Positions 61,983 through 63,831 of a DNA stretch of 63,831 nt are shown piece after piece. Below the pieces are notes generated by a model. It was not told the DNA's origin and made no database searches. It saw only the letters and a program-made list of their open reading frames with translations. Position numbers and translations under genes: made by a program. Numbering within the stretch: position 1 is the stretch's first letter; each line of letters begins with the position of its first letter. Source of the DNA: Diadema antillarum (Eukaryota); contig NW_027270906.1 of the NCBI RefSeq assembly GCF_040938485.1, forward strand, positions 930,001 to 993,831, in the 5' to 3' direction.

Positions 61983-62189
61983 ACGAGACCTACACCCAAG
62001 AGTAATACAGCCCACGAGTCATACAGCCCATGAGTTCGACACTAAGCAAACAAGGCCCACGAGACCGACACATTAAACCCCGTGTTGTATCTGTCGAACT
62101 CGTTGGCTGTTTTTACCTAGTGTCGAACTCATGGGCTTTATTTGCTGTCGAACTCGTGGGCTGTATGACACATGGGTGTCAGTCTCATG
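61983..62189. mobile_element. Small foldback/MITE with repeated subterminal CAGCCCA(C/T)GAG motifs
   Basis: Left ACACCCAAGAGTAATACAGCCCACGAG...GAGTTCGACA is mirrored by right TGTCGAACTCGTGGGCTGTATGACACATGGGTGT. Confidence 0.6.
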
Positions 62190-63051
62190 GGATAACCCCG
62201 TTTATTTCTCATTCACACATCCTGCGACATACAATAATCACGGATTCATTGGAGCTTGAGCAAAGAAATACAGTATACAGATGCGGCTCTTGCCTTTATT
62301 TGAGATTATGACGGTCAATCTATGATTAACGTCATACAAAAAGAATATACAAGCTGAACATAATCTATACACCATGACAGAGGTAGAACACAAAATTACA
62401 TATTTTACAAAATCTTGAAAAATATCACCGAAATAATGAGTTCCGAGAGGACAAAATAATAATTACTGTTTTTACTGGCACTCAATGTAAAAAGGAATAT
62501 TCCATAAAAGTCAATGGATACACAAATTACTGAAATGACGATGCAGTTGATTATACACTGCATATAAAACAGGGAAAATGCCCAAAAGTCCGACACTAGG
62601 CAAACAAGGCCCACGGGTTCTACGCTGTGAAAAATATAGAGAAATAAAAAAAGTTCACTAGACTGACTTAAGCCCCTTGATATAATGTCTGTCTCGTCGG
62701 CCTTTTTTTTTTTGTGGCTAGTTTACCTATATAGGTTGTTGCTATGTCAAGGTACAAAGAATAAAAGTATGGAGAATAATACGACTATTGTCCGTCGCAT
62801 GATATCACTTTGTGTCAATCTGGCACACGAGGAAACTTTTTGTGCTGATGTGAAAACGTTGAAATGCGTGGAACGAAATTTGATAAATTTCTAAAGAATA
62901 AACGTTTAAAAAAAAAACTGACATCACAGAGAATTATGGGCATAGATATAGCATCTACCTACATTCTACTTAAACATGATAAACTTGACGTGTGTTTGTT
63001 TTGGCCTTGGCACTAACATAAATTATTATGGCACAGATCCTGTTAATGTAT

Positions 63052-63157
63052 TCATTTCGTGTCAAGCTTCCGCCCCATAAGAAGGATGAAAGGGTAGACG
63101 ATATCGAGCTCGACTTCGTCCGGTGAAGCGTCAGGTGTTCCGTAGGCAGCAAGCACT
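63052..63157 (-). CDS. Terminal exon of a second, paralogous methyltransferase gene (remainder beyond the window)
   Basis: Acceptor TTCTTACTTCACTTCCAG, then A + VLAAYGTPDASPDEVELDIVYPFILLMGRKLDTK*. This aligns without gaps and in the same phase with ILAAYRKPDASTDDVVLDVVFPLVILLGSKADSKR* at 53190-53298. Confidence 0.85.
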
Positions 63158-63570
63158 CTGGAAGTGAAGTAAGAACATTTGAATAAACGATAGATTTTTA
63201 ATGTGGAGTTATGCTATACTGAGTAGATTTATCATATCAAATTTCTGTCTTCTGTCTTTTTTTTCTCAATTGCTCTTTCAAAAAAAAAAAAAAAAAAAAA
63301 AAAGGAGGTCAGGATGCCATGTCTCTTGGTATTGATAATTATAATGATGATAAAATAATCATGGTAATATTAATAATAATAGCATACAACTCAACTGTAA
63401 ACATACGAATATCAGAAGATGAGAAAAGGCGTCATAAAGGAGCTACAAATATTATCACTATCATTGCTTGAAAGACTTTTACTTATTTTCTAAAAATGTG
63501 TCTTGTACATAGTACCACTTTAGCGGAGCAAGCTATAGCGAGAGAACTCGTTTTCCCTGTCGAACACTCA

Positions 63571-63603
<33 letters not shown>

Positions 63604-63831
63604 GAGAGGCACAATGTTTCTACTGTATGGCTCTAAAAAAATGTGCCCTTACATTAATCAAATAGATATTCACTTTTCTTCCCCATCGTTCAAATGAATC
63701 AGAAAAAGAGAATTAAAAAAAAGACGTGTATGTAATTATGGAAGATTTAGCTTTGTACTCATAAGGCATGCACAGAAAAAGGAGAAGTTAGTTCAACTTA
63801 CCAAATAGGGAACTTGTTTGCACATTGTGTA

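Overview
AT-rich, intron-containing animal genomic DNA, most likely a sea urchin. The H2B is of the echinoid late type, and both histone genes carry the 3' stem-loop plus a CAAGAAAGA-like downstream element. Five protein-coding genes could be reconstructed by hand with consistent splice phases: PDAP1 (+, 6 coding exons, 179 aa), ETFA (-, 8 coding exons, 335 aa, tail-to-tail with PDAP1), histone H2A (-), histone H2B (-), and a class I SAM-dependent methyltransferase (-, 6 coding exons, 277 aa). The last exon of a tandem paralog of that methyltransferase lies at the right edge. The rest is a dense mosaic of non-autonomous DNA transposons (hAT, pogo/Tigger, Harbinger-like, Kolobok-like, Helentron/HINE-like), decayed LINE and Gypsy fragments, tandem arrays and microsatellites. 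Most ORFs in the supplied track are spurious (repeat-derived, antisense to real exons, or AT-rich noise). I see no convincing novel multi-gene system. The most unusual signals are structural: an in-frame LINE-RT/Gypsy-RT fusion at the catalytic motif, a rearranged inverted/tandem Harbinger-like MITE nested inside a stack of foldback elements, an ABAB higher-order array ending in a Helentron-type terminus, a G-tract deletion with microhomology in a hAT copy, and co-oriented H2A/H2B genes that each have their own octamer element. All calls were made by eye. TE superfamily names rest on terminal sequence and TSD conventions, not on database searches.
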